A stretch of 64,000 nt of DNA from the NCBI GenBank assembly GCA_964351315.1, contig CAYGNH010000002.1, forward strand, positions 216,269 to 280,268, in the 5' to 3' direction. Positions 30,551 through 40,176 of this stretch are shown piece by piece. The notes under the pieces are model-generated. The model was not told where the DNA came from. It made no database searches and saw nothing but the letters and a program-made list of their open reading frames with translations. Both the position numbers and the translations under genes were made by a program. Source of the DNA: an uncultured Pseudobdellovibrionaceae bacterium. GTDB taxonomy: Bacteria > Bdellovibrionota > Bdellovibrionia > Bdellovibrionales > JAGQZY01. Within the stretch, counting starts at the first letter, position 1. Each line of letters opens with the position of its first letter.

Positions 30551-32599
30551 TTAAGGGTCAATACCACTGATCACAAGGGAAAAATCAGCATCGACTTCAG
30601 GTGTTTCCAGGTGCCCATCTTGGTTGACTTCTGCGGCCACAACCTCGATTTCCCAAGTTCCCGGAACAGGATTCTGGATTATAACGTTTTCCACAGTGTT
30701 TACAGAATCGGGCGCCCCACCAGGCTGACTGAAGTTGCTAGCATAAAGACCATTGTTTCCGAAATAAATCTGACCACTGGGGTCGCGCACGATCAGATCA
30801 AGATCATTCACTCGATGGATCTCCGCTCCCAACATTCCATCGGGATCCGTATAAACAAGAGTTGCGGCCAACTGAGGAGTTTCTGCTAAAATCTCTACTT
30901 CGTAGATTTTTTTCTCCAAAGCTTTTAATAAGTCGTCCTCGTCAACGATCAACATTTTATCTTTTGAATCGTAGAGACCTTGCAAGTTCGGGTGTCCCCA
31001 CCCCTGGTGAACGCGAGTCAAATCATGCCCCTCCCCTTGAAAAGCATATTGACGGGCCGAATTGATCAACAAAGCTTTGGCCGTCGAGGCGTGCGGCCGA
31101 TTGGCAAAGCGATCTTGCTTGGGAAAGTCCAAAGGGTTGCCAAAAATACCATCGGTAAACATTTCGATAATCAACCCAAGGTGACCATTCACAATGGGGG
31201 TGGCGGCACTGGTGCCACTAAAGGTGGAGTACTTTTCACTTCCCGTGGTGTGAATGGCGTCATAGTAAGAAACAATATCGGGCTTAATCCGATTGTCGGT
31301 GGCTGGTCCAATGCTGGCATTCCCCGCCGACCAGGTGTCATCAGAGAAATCGGTATTGTTGCCATGAAAGACCGCTCCCACTGAAATGATATTTTTCGCC
31401 CAGGCTTGGGGTCGCGAGAGTTTGCTCTTTCGGTTGCTTTGCGATTGGGTGATCGGCAAGTCCAATTCAAAAATAATCTTATCCATCTCTAGGGATCGAG
31501 CCGTGTACTCTTCGGTGACCGGTGATCCCCAAGAGGCTGTCTGCAACAAAATTTTATGGTCCTTGATTATTTTTTCTGTCAATTGGTAGCGATTGTCTTT
31601 TTCGTAAACAAAAATATGGTTGGTGTAATAACCTTGAGCTCTGGGCATCAAACCTCGCGCCGTGGGATCTCCCGCCCCGCTACCGTAAATGATGCCAAAG
31701 GTTTGCTGTCCATGCCAGCTGGCTTCACCGCTTTCGATCGCAACCGGAGCCTGTCGAAAATCATCGGCAACAAAATCTTGGTGATCTTTGTAAATACCCT
31801 CAAGCACATGACCACGAATTCCTTCTCCTTGATAATTTCCCGTGCTTTGCAACAATGACTGAGCCCCGCCTTGCACCAGAACAATATCCATGTCTTCTTC
31901 AATGCCCTCGGGACTTAACTCAATCCATAAAACTCGAGAGTCGGACGCCAAAGCTTGAACCTGCTGCAAACTTCCATGAACAGTTAATGCAAAGGAGTCT
32001 AATCCTGAGTGCAAAACCGGAAGCCCCATTTTTTTCGCCAACTCAAGGAGAGCCCCCCGATACGAGTCATGGATGGGCAAAACATCGTAGGCCGCCTGAG
32101 TGAAAGCTTCGGGGTGCACCCACAACGAGCTTGGTAAGCCGGCCACCTTGAATTCACCGCCAAACTCGACCACTTGGTTGATGTGCCTTTGGTTTTCCAG
32201 TGAGGTGATTCTGTCGACGGGCCCATGCACCAACAAGGCGTGGTCCGGAATGAATTTCAAAACCTCAAGGCCTTGGCTCTCGAGATCTTTAATGTAAGTT
32301 TGAAAGATTTGGGTCTGAAACTGCAGAATGTACAGCGAGTTTTCAGATTCAGAGTGCTGCAAACTTCCACTCCTGAAAACTTCGGACTTTTTCAAGCGAA
32401 GAGCTCCCGAGTGCGGATAGGATTTCCCATCCACTGTGTATTCTGATACTCCTCGAGTGGGCTCGAATTGAACAAGGTGTCCATCGACTTGGTATTCTAT
32501 GGCCTGAGCCCATGGTCCGAAAGTGAGAGAAATAAAAAATAGAGAGACGTTTAAACAAACATGAAACAAGAAAACCTCCATCCTTAGAGTCACAAACAT
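30551..32599 (-). CDS. Secreted subtilisin-like (S8) serine protease with a C-terminal P-domain-like beta-sandwich
   Basis: N-terminal signal peptide. His motif ...SWHGQQTFG... Ser motif ...FSGTSAATPIVNGH... C-terminal ...PGTWEIEVVAAEVNQDG...DFSLVISG. Confidence 0.8.
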   Translation of the reverse strand: MFVTLRMEVFLFHVCLNVSLFFISLTFGPWAQAIEYQVDGHLVQFEPTRGVSEYTVDGKSYPHSGALRLKKSEVFRSGSLQHSESENSLYILQFQTQIFQTYIKDLESQGLEVLKFIPDHALLVHGPVDRITSLENQRHINQVVEFGGEFKVAGLPSSLWVHPEAFTQAAYDVLPIHDSYRGALLELAKKMGLPVLHSGLDSFALTVHGSLQQVQALASDSRVLWIELSPEGIEEDMDIVLVQGGAQSLLQSTGNYQGEGIRGHVLEGIYKDHQDFVADDFRQAPVAIESGEASWHGQQTFGIIYGSGAGDPTARGLMPRAQGYYTNHIFVYEKDNRYQLTEKIIKDHKILLQTASWGSPVTEEYTARSLEMDKIIFELDLPITQSQSNRKSKLSRPQAWAKNIISVGAVFHGNNTDFSDDTWSAGNASIGPATDNRIKPDIVSYYDAIHTTGSEKYSTFSGTSAATPIVNGHLGLIIEMFTDGIFGNPLDFPKQDRFANRPHASTAKALLINSARQYAFQGEGHDLTRVHQGWGHPNLQGLYDSKDKMLIVDEDDLLKALEKKIYEVEILAETPQLAATLVYTDPDGMLGAEIHRVNDLDLIVRDPSGQIYFGNNGLYASNFSQPGGAPDSVNTVENVIIQNPVPGTWEIEVVAAEVNQDGHLETPEVDADFSLVISGIDP

Positions 32600-32713
32600 T
32601 TTACGGACGGAAATTCACAAGTGGCAAGCAATGAGTTTTACTTATAATGTCACTTATATACAAACGATCGGTCAGCAAGAATTATGTTACGATTTTGCGC
32701 AAATTGGGTTTTA

Positions 32714-33016
32714 CTAGGTGGAGCTTTGGTGACTTTTCCTCACATTGAGAATAAACGAATCTTTATCAAGATCTGAATTCAATCCGAACCCATTGATCAC
32801 TAGTCCTTTAAATTTGCCATCGAGACTTCGAACTCCATAAACAATCGACTGATTGTTTGGATCCGAGTCGTCTTCAATTCTCTTGGTAGCATCGATACTC
32901 ACTTGGTTAGGCAGGTATGAGCGGTCTTCGATATGGAGCTGACCATTCCTAATCACAAAATTTTTTGTATAGCCGGAATGCTTCAAATTTTTAATAACTT
33001 CTGACATTGTGTTCAT
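32714..33016 (-). CDS. Small conserved hypothetical protein (about 100 aa)
   Basis: ...LKHSGYTKNF...RIEDDSDPNNQSIVYGV.S.DGKFKGLVINGFG... resembles a widespread uncharacterised small-protein family as I recall it. Confidence 0.6.
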   Translation of the reverse strand: MNTMSEVIKNLKHSGYTKNFVIRNGQLHIEDRSYLPNQVSIDATKRIEDDSDPNNQSIVYGVRSLDGKFKGLVINGFGLNSDLDKDSFILNVRKSHQSST

Positions 33017-33090
33017 AGACTCATTATAGGCTCTTCAACCCATCGAGTATAATTGATAAAAACAATAGATTCGATTAAGAAAAATCGAAT

Positions 33091-34731
33091 CTATTTGGTC
33101 GACTGGCTAGGAGCAACGTACTCCGCGAACCAAGCGTAACCCACGTAGATAAGATGGATGGCTACAAAGCCCATAACATACTCAATGCCGCCCGCCCCAA
33201 AACCGTAAGAGTGCAGCCCGGCACCTAGAACAAAATTCACACCGTACCAAGCCATAATCACCAAACTAAATGAGACGATACTTCCCGCCAGCATTCCAAA
33301 GTCTTTCACCCAGCCAACGAGGCGGGCGTGAAGAATAGCCAAATAACCCATCAGTGCAATGAAAGCCCAAGTCTCTTTTGGGTCCCAGCCCCAAAAACGA
33401 CCCCATGAGTAATCGGCCCAAACCCCACCAAGAATGGTACCAGCCGTTAACAACACAACTCCCACTTGAATACAGTTGTAAGCCACTTGCGCCAGTTCCT
33501 TGATCTTCTTTCGGTTCCCCACCTTGTCTTTGACATGCAAGAAAACACCATAGTCACCAATTCCAAAGGCTAAGAAAAAGGCCGCATAACTTAAAGTGAT
33601 CGTCATCACATGAATAGTGAGCCAAAGATTGCTGCGAAGAACAGGCTCTAGGGGCTGCAAGGTGCTATCTAAAATCACGGGTGCAAAATCGGCAACAATC
33701 ATACACAAAGTCGCAACAATGGCGCCGACCAGCGGAATCCAACGTAGTTTTTTAAAAAAACCAAAAATCCCAGCGAACAAGACGACACCCCAGCCCACCC
33801 ATACAACAGTTTCGTACATATTCGAAACTGGGGGCCTACCGGTGATCAGGCATCGTAAGACGAAACCATAGCTGTGCATTCCAAAAGCGGCGACAAAACA
33901 ACCACTTCCCAACTTCGTCATAATCGAAGGCGCAAACAAAAATGAGAAGGTAAAAAACAAAGCGGCAATTAAATAAAGGATCCATGTCCACAAGAAAGGT
34001 TCTAGTTTTTGGTAATGAACCTCAGTCCACATAGCCTCCGGCCCTGGGTACTTGTCCCCCCCAACCGCCATCGCCATTTCAGTGTAAACAGTCAGAGCCT
34101 CATCCAATTTTTTCTTACCTTCCGCTTTATCAGCCTCGTTTTGGCTAACAAACTGAGTCGAGTAAGCGGTTAAAATATTGAAAAAAGCTTCGGACTGTTT
34201 TTCATCCAACTCCCTAAGGGATTTCCAACTCGTGCTCTCGTCGTCAGCTGCCGGAGGAAAAATTTTAATTCCTCCTTGGGAAATTCCAAAAAAAGTCAGA
34301 AGTTGGCTTTCCAATCTTTGGATGGCTTGATAATAAGCGTTCAGTTTTTCTTTACGAGCCGTTCGCACCTGAAGGTCACTAAACAAAACATTCAACCGTT
34401 GGTGAGTGCTAATTTCATTGGGAGTGAAGTATTTTTTGTCTTTTGGAAAACCCAAAGCCTCTTTTAGACCGTGGTGGTCGATCTTGATGATTTCAGAATC
34501 CATCCAGGGCTTGGGCAAAACAATCCAGGTTGTTAAAATATCCAGGGCGGGCTTGCCTTTGTATTTTGATTTACCATAAATCAACTGCAGCATCTCTTGG
34601 GCCACGGTCACCATAGGCTTCACTCGCCCCGATTCTTGTACCGGCAGAGACTCGAAACTGTGGTGGGCTTTTGCAAACACTAAACTTGGCAAAAAAACCA
34701 ACAGCATAAGAAAACTTTTTTTCATAATCAT
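33091..34731 (-). CDS. ccsA: Cytochrome c biogenesis protein CcsA/ResC (system II heme handling)
   Basis: WWD motif ...WGRFWGWDPKETWAF... in a polytopic C-terminal half. A long periplasmic N-terminal extension follows a signal peptide. Confidence 0.9.
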   Translation of the reverse strand: MIMKKSFLMLLVFLPSLVFAKAHHSFESLPVQESGRVKPMVTVAQEMLQLIYGKSKYKGKPALDILTTWIVLPKPWMDSEIIKIDHHGLKEALGFPKDKKYFTPNEISTHQRLNVLFSDLQVRTARKEKLNAYYQAIQRLESQLLTFFGISQGGIKIFPPAADDESTSWKSLRELDEKQSEAFFNILTAYSTQFVSQNEADKAEGKKKLDEALTVYTEMAMAVGGDKYPGPEAMWTEVHYQKLEPFLWTWILYLIAALFFTFSFLFAPSIMTKLGSGCFVAAFGMHSYGFVLRCLITGRPPVSNMYETVVWVGWGVVLFAGIFGFFKKLRWIPLVGAIVATLCMIVADFAPVILDSTLQPLEPVLRSNLWLTIHVMTITLSYAAFFLAFGIGDYGVFLHVKDKVGNRKKIKELAQVAYNCIQVGVVLLTAGTILGGVWADYSWGRFWGWDPKETWAFIALMGYLAILHARLVGWVKDFGMLAGSIVSFSLVIMAWYGVNFVLGAGLHSYGFGAGGIEYVMGFVAIHLIYVGYAWFAEYVAPSQSTK

Positions 34732-36119
34732 GACTTGGCCCTCGTTGATCTAAAGTAAAACAAATGGATAATTCCAAAAACGATAAGTATACAGCCTAAA
34801 TATTTCCATATTCGGCCAGGATCACGATTAACTGAGAGAATGGACATCGTCGGCCGCCCCATCTCGTCTTCCTGGAAACTGGATTGATAAAAAGTGAAAC
34901 CCGAGTACTTCAAGGGCTCGTTCATTGAGATAGTGGTCGATAAAGGTTCTCGGCTCGAGTCTTTCACGCTGACATCGCTCTCGTAAGAGGCCGCTCGCCG
35001 CGTTCCTTGGTAACGTCCGACTCGAAACTCATCCAACTTGAGAGCAAAATCCAGCTCGATTTGCCGGTTGGCAAAAACCAAAACATGGTGAGCCTGATTC
35101 GAAAAAAGTCGTACTGAGGAATTCAACCCAGTCCAATACTCGTTGCCATTAAACTGAAAACGAATAGCTTGAATTGTTCCCTCAGCCTTGCTCTCCAGAG
35201 GTTCATATTCCCACCTCTGTTTGGCGTGAGGTAAGAACTTTAGGATTCTAAAAGTCAAACCCATCCAACCGGTCTGCACCGAGTCCCCGGCTTTGACGAC
35301 TCCCGAATCGGTTAAGCCATTTTTACTGTCGGTAAAAACTTGGTATTCCAGTCTTTCGGTTTTACTATCGGTTTCAATCAACAGAACATTTCCACCCGTG
35401 TATTTAAACAGTCCTTTGCGACCTAAAACAATCTTGGCTGGCCCCATGTTTTTGATATCAAAGGACTCTCTTCCCAAAAGTAACCAGTCCGACTCACTCA
35501 CCCTTTCGTTGGCAATTTGAAAACGCAAGCCAGCCCCATCGGTTTCTTTGTCTGAAGCTTCAATTTTGTTTTGCGGGATCGCATAAGGACGATAGCCGTC
35601 AATGACAATCTCGTCTTCTCCGGCCTGAATTTTAAAGGGGTTTTCGGGTGACGGAGGCGATTTAATAAACCGCACCTCTTTTTCAAAGGTTTTGCGCATG
35701 CTTCCATTCATCAAACCACTGTAGAGGATCAAATCCGTCTCACCCACCGTGACTCGGTTGCGAGACTCATTGATTCCGAAAGCCATGGAACCATCGACAC
35801 CATAGTAACGAGTTAAGATGGAGCCAGCGATTAAAATTAAAATTCCGATATGAGCCGAAATAAAACCGACATGACGTTTTTTCCAAGGGTATCGATCGAT
35901 TATGACAGCAGTCAAATTCAACGACAGCAGGAAGAAAATACCGTAGGAGTACCAAGAATGATAAACAGTCTCTTGAGCGCGCTTAGCGTCTTGGTAGATA
36001 GACTCGACGATGGTTCCCCACGCCGACATTGTTCCCATACCTAAAATGACAAACACGGCAATTTTTAAAGACGCAAATTTTTTATTGATTTTTCTAAAGG
36101 TCGATTGCGTTTTAGCCAT
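34728..36119 (-). CDS. resB: Cytochrome c biogenesis protein ResB/CcsB (Ccs1)
   Basis: ResB architecture: N-terminal TM helices, a large periplasmic loop and a C-terminal TM. ATGA-type overlap with ccsA. Confidence 0.85.
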   Translation of the reverse strand: MAKTQSTFRKINKKFASLKIAVFVILGMGTMSAWGTIVESIYQDAKRAQETVYHSWYSYGIFFLLSLNLTAVIIDRYPWKKRHVGFISAHIGILILIAGSILTRYYGVDGSMAFGINESRNRVTVGETDLILYSGLMNGSMRKTFEKEVRFIKSPPSPENPFKIQAGEDEIVIDGYRPYAIPQNKIEASDKETDGAGLRFQIANERVSESDWLLLGRESFDIKNMGPAKIVLGRKGLFKYTGGNVLLIETDSKTERLEYQVFTDSKNGLTDSGVVKAGDSVQTGWMGLTFRILKFLPHAKQRWEYEPLESKAEGTIQAIRFQFNGNEYWTGLNSSVRLFSNQAHHVLVFANRQIELDFALKLDEFRVGRYQGTRRAASYESDVSVKDSSREPLSTTISMNEPLKYSGFTFYQSSFQEDEMGRPTMSILSVNRDPGRIWKYLGCILIVFGIIHLFYFRSTRAKS

Positions 36120-36930
36120 TAAGCCTCTCTCTTAACCCACGTTGAATGGCATGCAAAGCCTCTTGGAGTTTCTTTTGCATCTCTCCGAATGTTGCAGCTT
36201 TGAGTTGTTTTGTTTCCTCGTTCATATATTGTGCCCTATTCAACTCAATTTGAATAGTGTGGAAGCCCTTTTCCGGCTCTCCGTAAGTTTTGGTGATTCC
36301 CCCGCCCACATAGGGCCAATTGTAGGCCACCTGAAATCCAACCTCTTGAAAGGCCTTCATCACCAGATCTTTAAATTCTGGGTCCGCACTTTTTCCGTTT
36401 TGATCGCTGATCACCACCTCGGCTCGAGTCTCCCCGGGATCAGGGTGAAAGGAGGTGCCTAGCGAAGGCATACTGTGCAAATCCAAATGAAACACAGGGC
36501 CAAATTGTTTCTTCAACTGGTCTCGCATCGAAAGAACGGAATCGTGGAAAGGCTGATAGTAATGACTCACCAAATATTGATGTAATGACTGACTCATCGG
36601 TTCGAGAATCAGTTTTTCTCCGTGGGTGGTGACGCTCCAGTGCAAACCTTTGGGATGGACGCCGGACGGATGGGGCGCCTGTTTAACGGCATCGGTATCG
36701 TACTCATCCACCTCTCGGTTGAGGTCGACCACATAGCGATGCCAGGGAGTGATCAAAGCGGGGAGCTCCAGATTTTCTATGGCTGGCCCATACAGCTGGT
36801 CCACAAAGCGATCCACATCGCGCATCAATTTTTCTTCAGAGAGGTTTTGCAGCCAGGTCACCTCAGCGGGAACCTTTTCGCCAGAATGGGGAATCGATAC
36901 AAAAAACGGCAAATCGGTCGCTAAAGCCAT
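36112..36930 (-). CDS. N-formylglutamate amidohydrolase-family protein
   Basis: ...IPHSGEKVP..., ...RYVVDLNRE..., ...HLDLHSM..., ...NWPYVGGG...IQIELNR... match the FGase-family pattern. It overlaps the resB start by 8 nt. Confidence 0.75.
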   Translation of the reverse strand: MALATDLPFFVSIPHSGEKVPAEVTWLQNLSEEKLMRDVDRFVDQLYGPAIENLELPALITPWHRYVVDLNREVDEYDTDAVKQAPHPSGVHPKGLHWSVTTHGEKLILEPMSQSLHQYLVSHYYQPFHDSVLSMRDQLKKQFGPVFHLDLHSMPSLGTSFHPDPGETRAEVVISDQNGKSADPEFKDLVMKAFQEVGFQVAYNWPYVGGGITKTYGEPEKGFHTIQIELNRAQYMNEETKQLKAATFGEMQKKLQEALHAIQRGLRERLNG

Positions 36931-37038
36931 AGGAAATCAATAATTTGGATCGAGCCCAAAAACAATGGATTTCCCTAAATTGACCCCCTATTGCGCATAG
37001 GATAAATTGATCTTCTTTGCGTCCAAAAGGAAGTGCCT

Positions 37039-37593
37039 ATGAAAATTTACACCAAAAATGGAGATCGCGGACAAACCACATTGGTGGACGGCAGCCCCAT
37101 AGCAAAATCGGACGCTCGCCTCAAAACCTATGGAACCGTCGATGAGCTCAATGCCCATGTTGGACTCCTACAAACAATGCTGGATAAAGAGGCAAAACTA
37201 AACGGCTTCCACCCCCAATTGTTTGAAATTCAAAATTGGTTGTTTCAACTTGGAAGCCAGCTGGCCTGTGGGAATTCGGAGTTTTCTAAAAAACTGCCCA
37301 CGATTTCAGATAAAAACACCACTCAACTGGAAAGCTGGATGGACCAGTGGGATCAAGAATTACCCGAACTAAAAAACTTTATCCTTCCCGGCGGACACGA
37401 AGCTTCAGCCCAAGCCCATGTTTGTCGAACCGTTGCTCGCCGAGCCGAACGAGCTTGTGTTGTTCTCGATGAAATGACGGAGCTGTCGGTGCCTGCCATT
37501 GCCTTCCTCAATCGTCTGTCAGATTACTTTTTTATGATCTCTCGCTCGATCAACCAAAAAATGGATATTGATTCTGTGATTTGGAACCCCTAA
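37039..37593 (+). CDS. ATP:cob(I)alamin adenosyltransferase, PduO/MMAB type
   Basis: MKIYTKNGDRGQTTL...YGTVDELNAHVGL...LPGG... is canonical PduO-type. An AAGGAAG SD precedes the ATG at 37039. Confidence 0.85.
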   Translation: MKIYTKNGDRGQTTLVDGSPIAKSDARLKTYGTVDELNAHVGLLQTMLDKEAKLNGFHPQLFEIQNWLFQLGSQLACGNSEFSKKLPTISDKNTTQLESWMDQWDQELPELKNFILPGGHEASAQAHVCRTVARRAERACVVLDEMTELSVPAIAFLNRLSDYFFMISRSINQKMDIDSVIWNP

Positions 37594-37596
37594 CCC

Positions 37597-38709
37597 ATGA
37601 AACTTTTTCTTGCGAACAACCAAGACGACGAAGACCTTAAACGCTTCTTCGGAGATCAAACCGTTCCTGGTATTTACGATTATCGAGTGATTCGACCCAA
37701 TTCGTTTTTTGACCAGTACAAACTAACTACCGATGACTATCAAACCTATTTGTTACGTGACGACAACCAGAAAATACAGGCCATGGCTTCCATTTTGTTT
37801 CGCAAAGCTTACGTCAATGCCCAAGAGCAAACCGTTGGCTACGTGACCGACCTGCGAGTTTCTGGATCTCGAAAAGCCACTCTGACTTGGGGTAAAGAGT
37901 TTATTCCGGTGATGCATCAAGAACGGGATAAAAGAAATTGCCAGTTCGTGTTTTCGGACCTGGAACAATACGAAAACAAGGCCTACAACACTCTTCTTCG
38001 CCGACGCAGTCGCAACAGCCGCATGCCGCGCTACCATTTGTTTCGCAAGTTCAATTTGATTGTCGTTTACGGCAAAACATTTTTTGCAACCCCACCCCTA
38101 AAAAGCATTCGAATTGAACATGGTCGGACTGAAGACGCCGAGACCATCACCCGCTATCTGATGGAAAAATCCGTACGCCGACCTCTACGTTATCATTTGA
38201 CCGTAGAAGAACTCGAGCGACGGTGCCGCCTTTGGCCCAACTTTTCCTTGCAAAATTTTTTGGTTGCCCGCAATGCTAAAAACAAGATCATCGGCTGTAT
38301 GGCTCCCTGGAACAATCGTGATGTGCAAAGGATCATCGCTGAAAAATATCATCTAAAATCTTTCCAAGTCTATTCAACAAGCCGAACCCTTTCGGCCTTT
38401 CGTTTGACTCGCCCCTTACCAAAACCTGGTGACCCCTTCCAAGTCAAACATATCACCCATGGCGCCTACGATAATCCAGATATTTTTAATTCCTTATTGA
38501 GTCGGGCTTACGATGAGTGCCTCAACCATGAGTTGTTGGTTTACCCGAATTACTACGGCGACTATGCCACCCGCCCTCCCAGCTCCTTTATCCACGTCAA
38601 AGTCCCCTACGGTTTTTACACCCTGCTGGACAACGAAGTGACTCTTCCCCGCTTCCTCCACCCGAACCCCTTTACCCCCACTCCGGATTTTCAATACAGC
38701 TATTTTTAA
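37597..38709 (+). CDS. Hypothetical protein, 370 aa, possibly a two-lobed GNAT/Fem-like fold (weak)
   Basis: Long ORF starting 3 nt after the adenosyltransferase stop. I recognise no motif with confidence. Confidence 0.6.
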   Translation: MKLFLANNQDDEDLKRFFGDQTVPGIYDYRVIRPNSFFDQYKLTTDDYQTYLLRDDNQKIQAMASILFRKAYVNAQEQTVGYVTDLRVSGSRKATLTWGKEFIPVMHQERDKRNCQFVFSDLEQYENKAYNTLLRRRSRNSRMPRYHLFRKFNLIVVYGKTFFATPPLKSIRIEHGRTEDAETITRYLMEKSVRRPLRYHLTVEELERRCRLWPNFSLQNFLVARNAKNKIIGCMAPWNNRDVQRIIAEKYHLKSFQVYSTSRTLSAFRLTRPLPKPGDPFQVKHITHGAYDNPDIFNSLLSRAYDECLNHELLVYPNYYGDYATRPPSSFIHVKVPYGFYTLLDNEVTLPRFLHPNPFTPTPDFQYSYF

Positions 38710-38936
38710 GGCCTAAGCCCCCCCTCCTTTGCTGTAATGCGCTACACTTAATAAAACCAAGATTTTTCTAATAGTTTAGCTCTGTATAAAGAATAGTGGC
38801 ACCTGAAGCTCGAAAGTATAAACAATTGTAATAAATTTAATGACCGTGAAATCTTTTTCGTACAATTCCACACAAAACTTTGGTTGATTGGGGTCGGGAC
38901 AACAAGACAACAAACAAACATCAATAAGGGGCGTAC

Positions 38937-39620
38937 ATGCAAAACATCTGCTTACTCTACTCTGGTCGAAGAGGGTTGGATGATCAATCGACAAGAATTT
39001 CTGTATTAAGAATTCCAGAGGTTTCTCGCAAACTCAAAGATGCGCAAAGATGGATTGATAACATTTTAGGAACGGATCTTAAAATCGATCTCTACTCTTT
39101 CGTTCAATCTATTGAGTCCGATTTCAACTCCCAATCCAGTTTAAAATCACTGGTAGCAGCGACTGTGCAAATTGGACTGTTCGAACGTTTCGTCAAATAT
39201 CGCAGTCGTCCACAATTTTTAGTTGGCCCCATCAACGGCAACTCAGCCATGAAAGTTTGCGCCGGCTTACAAAACTTTCAGGACTTTATTGAGACCAGCG
39301 ACTTTTGTAAGGAAAACACTTTGATGGCCCGCTTCACTCAGCAAGGCACAAAGTTGTCTGGAGTCAAACTTGAAGATTATGGCGCCTTGATGTGGAACCC
39401 TGAAGGTTTCTACCAAAATTTGGAAATTGAGAAAAAAGAAGCCACAAAGATTATTGAAGAACTCAATTTGCACAACCTTCTGACCCAATGTGTTCACCTC
39501 GGCCCCACTTTCGAATTCCGCAAGGATGAGTTCGAAACGGCTGGCCTAAGTCATCTGGCCTCGATGAGCTCCATTGAAACAGATCCCATTCTTAACAGCT
39601 TTTGGAAATCAGCCATCTAG
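38937..39620 (+). CDS. FabD-like acyltransferase-fold protein lacking the Ser nucleophile (putative pseudoenzyme)
   Basis: By-eye alignment to E. coli FabD. ICLLYSGRRGL aligns with FVFPGQGSQ. GPINGNSAMKVCAGLQNFQDF aligns with GHSLGEYSALVCAGVIDFADA. MARFTQ aligns with MRGKFMQ. LSHLASM aligns with PSHCALM. Confidence 0.55.
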   Translation: MQNICLLYSGRRGLDDQSTRISVLRIPEVSRKLKDAQRWIDNILGTDLKIDLYSFVQSIESDFNSQSSLKSLVAATVQIGLFERFVKYRSRPQFLVGPINGNSAMKVCAGLQNFQDFIETSDFCKENTLMARFTQQGTKLSGVKLEDYGALMWNPEGFYQNLEIEKKEATKIIEELNLHNLLTQCVHLGPTFEFRKDEFETAGLSHLASMSSIETDPILNSFWKSAI

Positions 39621-39632
39621 GAGTTCCTTAAA

Positions 39633-40172
39633 ATGAACTGGAAATTTTTTGCAGTTGTTCTTTTATTTTTCTCGGCTAGCGCGCAAGCTCTCGATTATCA
39701 ATCGGTCTCTGAGCAGTTGGAAGGGTCTTATCGAGTTTTACTGGCGCCTTCTAACGAAGGGACTTATTTGAATTGCCAAACTGGACAAACAGTTCAAGTT
39801 CATTTTAATGATGACCTCATCGAGGTTGCTGGACTCACCCCGTCGTCACCCCTATCCTTTAGCGATATCAATGAAGGTGTCGTCGGTATTTCTGGACCCA
39901 TCATTGGCTATGCGCAACGACGTACAGTATTTAGAGAAGTCGGCGTGGATTTCTATTTGCTAAAAAGTGAGCATCGCAGATGCGAACCCCTTCTTGGAAA
40001 GCTGGGCTGTGTCGGTAAAAAGTGGCGAACCTCGGTCGAAATTAAATTCTTTTTAAACAACTCAGAGGAACAGGATTCTGTTGTTAATTTGGAGTTAGCC
40101 TACCAACCTTTTGAGAACGTGACTCGCGAGGTTTGTTCCTTGGAACAGTCTCCGCTGAGTCTCGACGAATAA
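39633..40172 (+). CDS. Secreted hypothetical protein (4 Cys)
   Basis: Signal peptide MNWKFFAVVLLFFSASAQA. It starts 12 nt after the upstream gene. Confidence 0.6.
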   Translation: MNWKFFAVVLLFFSASAQALDYQSVSEQLEGSYRVLLAPSNEGTYLNCQTGQTVQVHFNDDLIEVAGLTPSSPLSFSDINEGVVGISGPIIGYAQRRTVFREVGVDFYLLKSEHRRCEPLLGKLGCVGKKWRTSVEIKFFLNNSEEQDSVVNLELAYQPFENVTREVCSLEQSPLSLDE

Positions 40173-40176
40173 ATTG

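Noticed and set aside
36931-37038. A cobalamin riboswitch might lie upstream of the PduO-type adenosyltransferase.
   Set aside because: The region is only about 100 nt and AT-rich, and it has no B12-box-like element.
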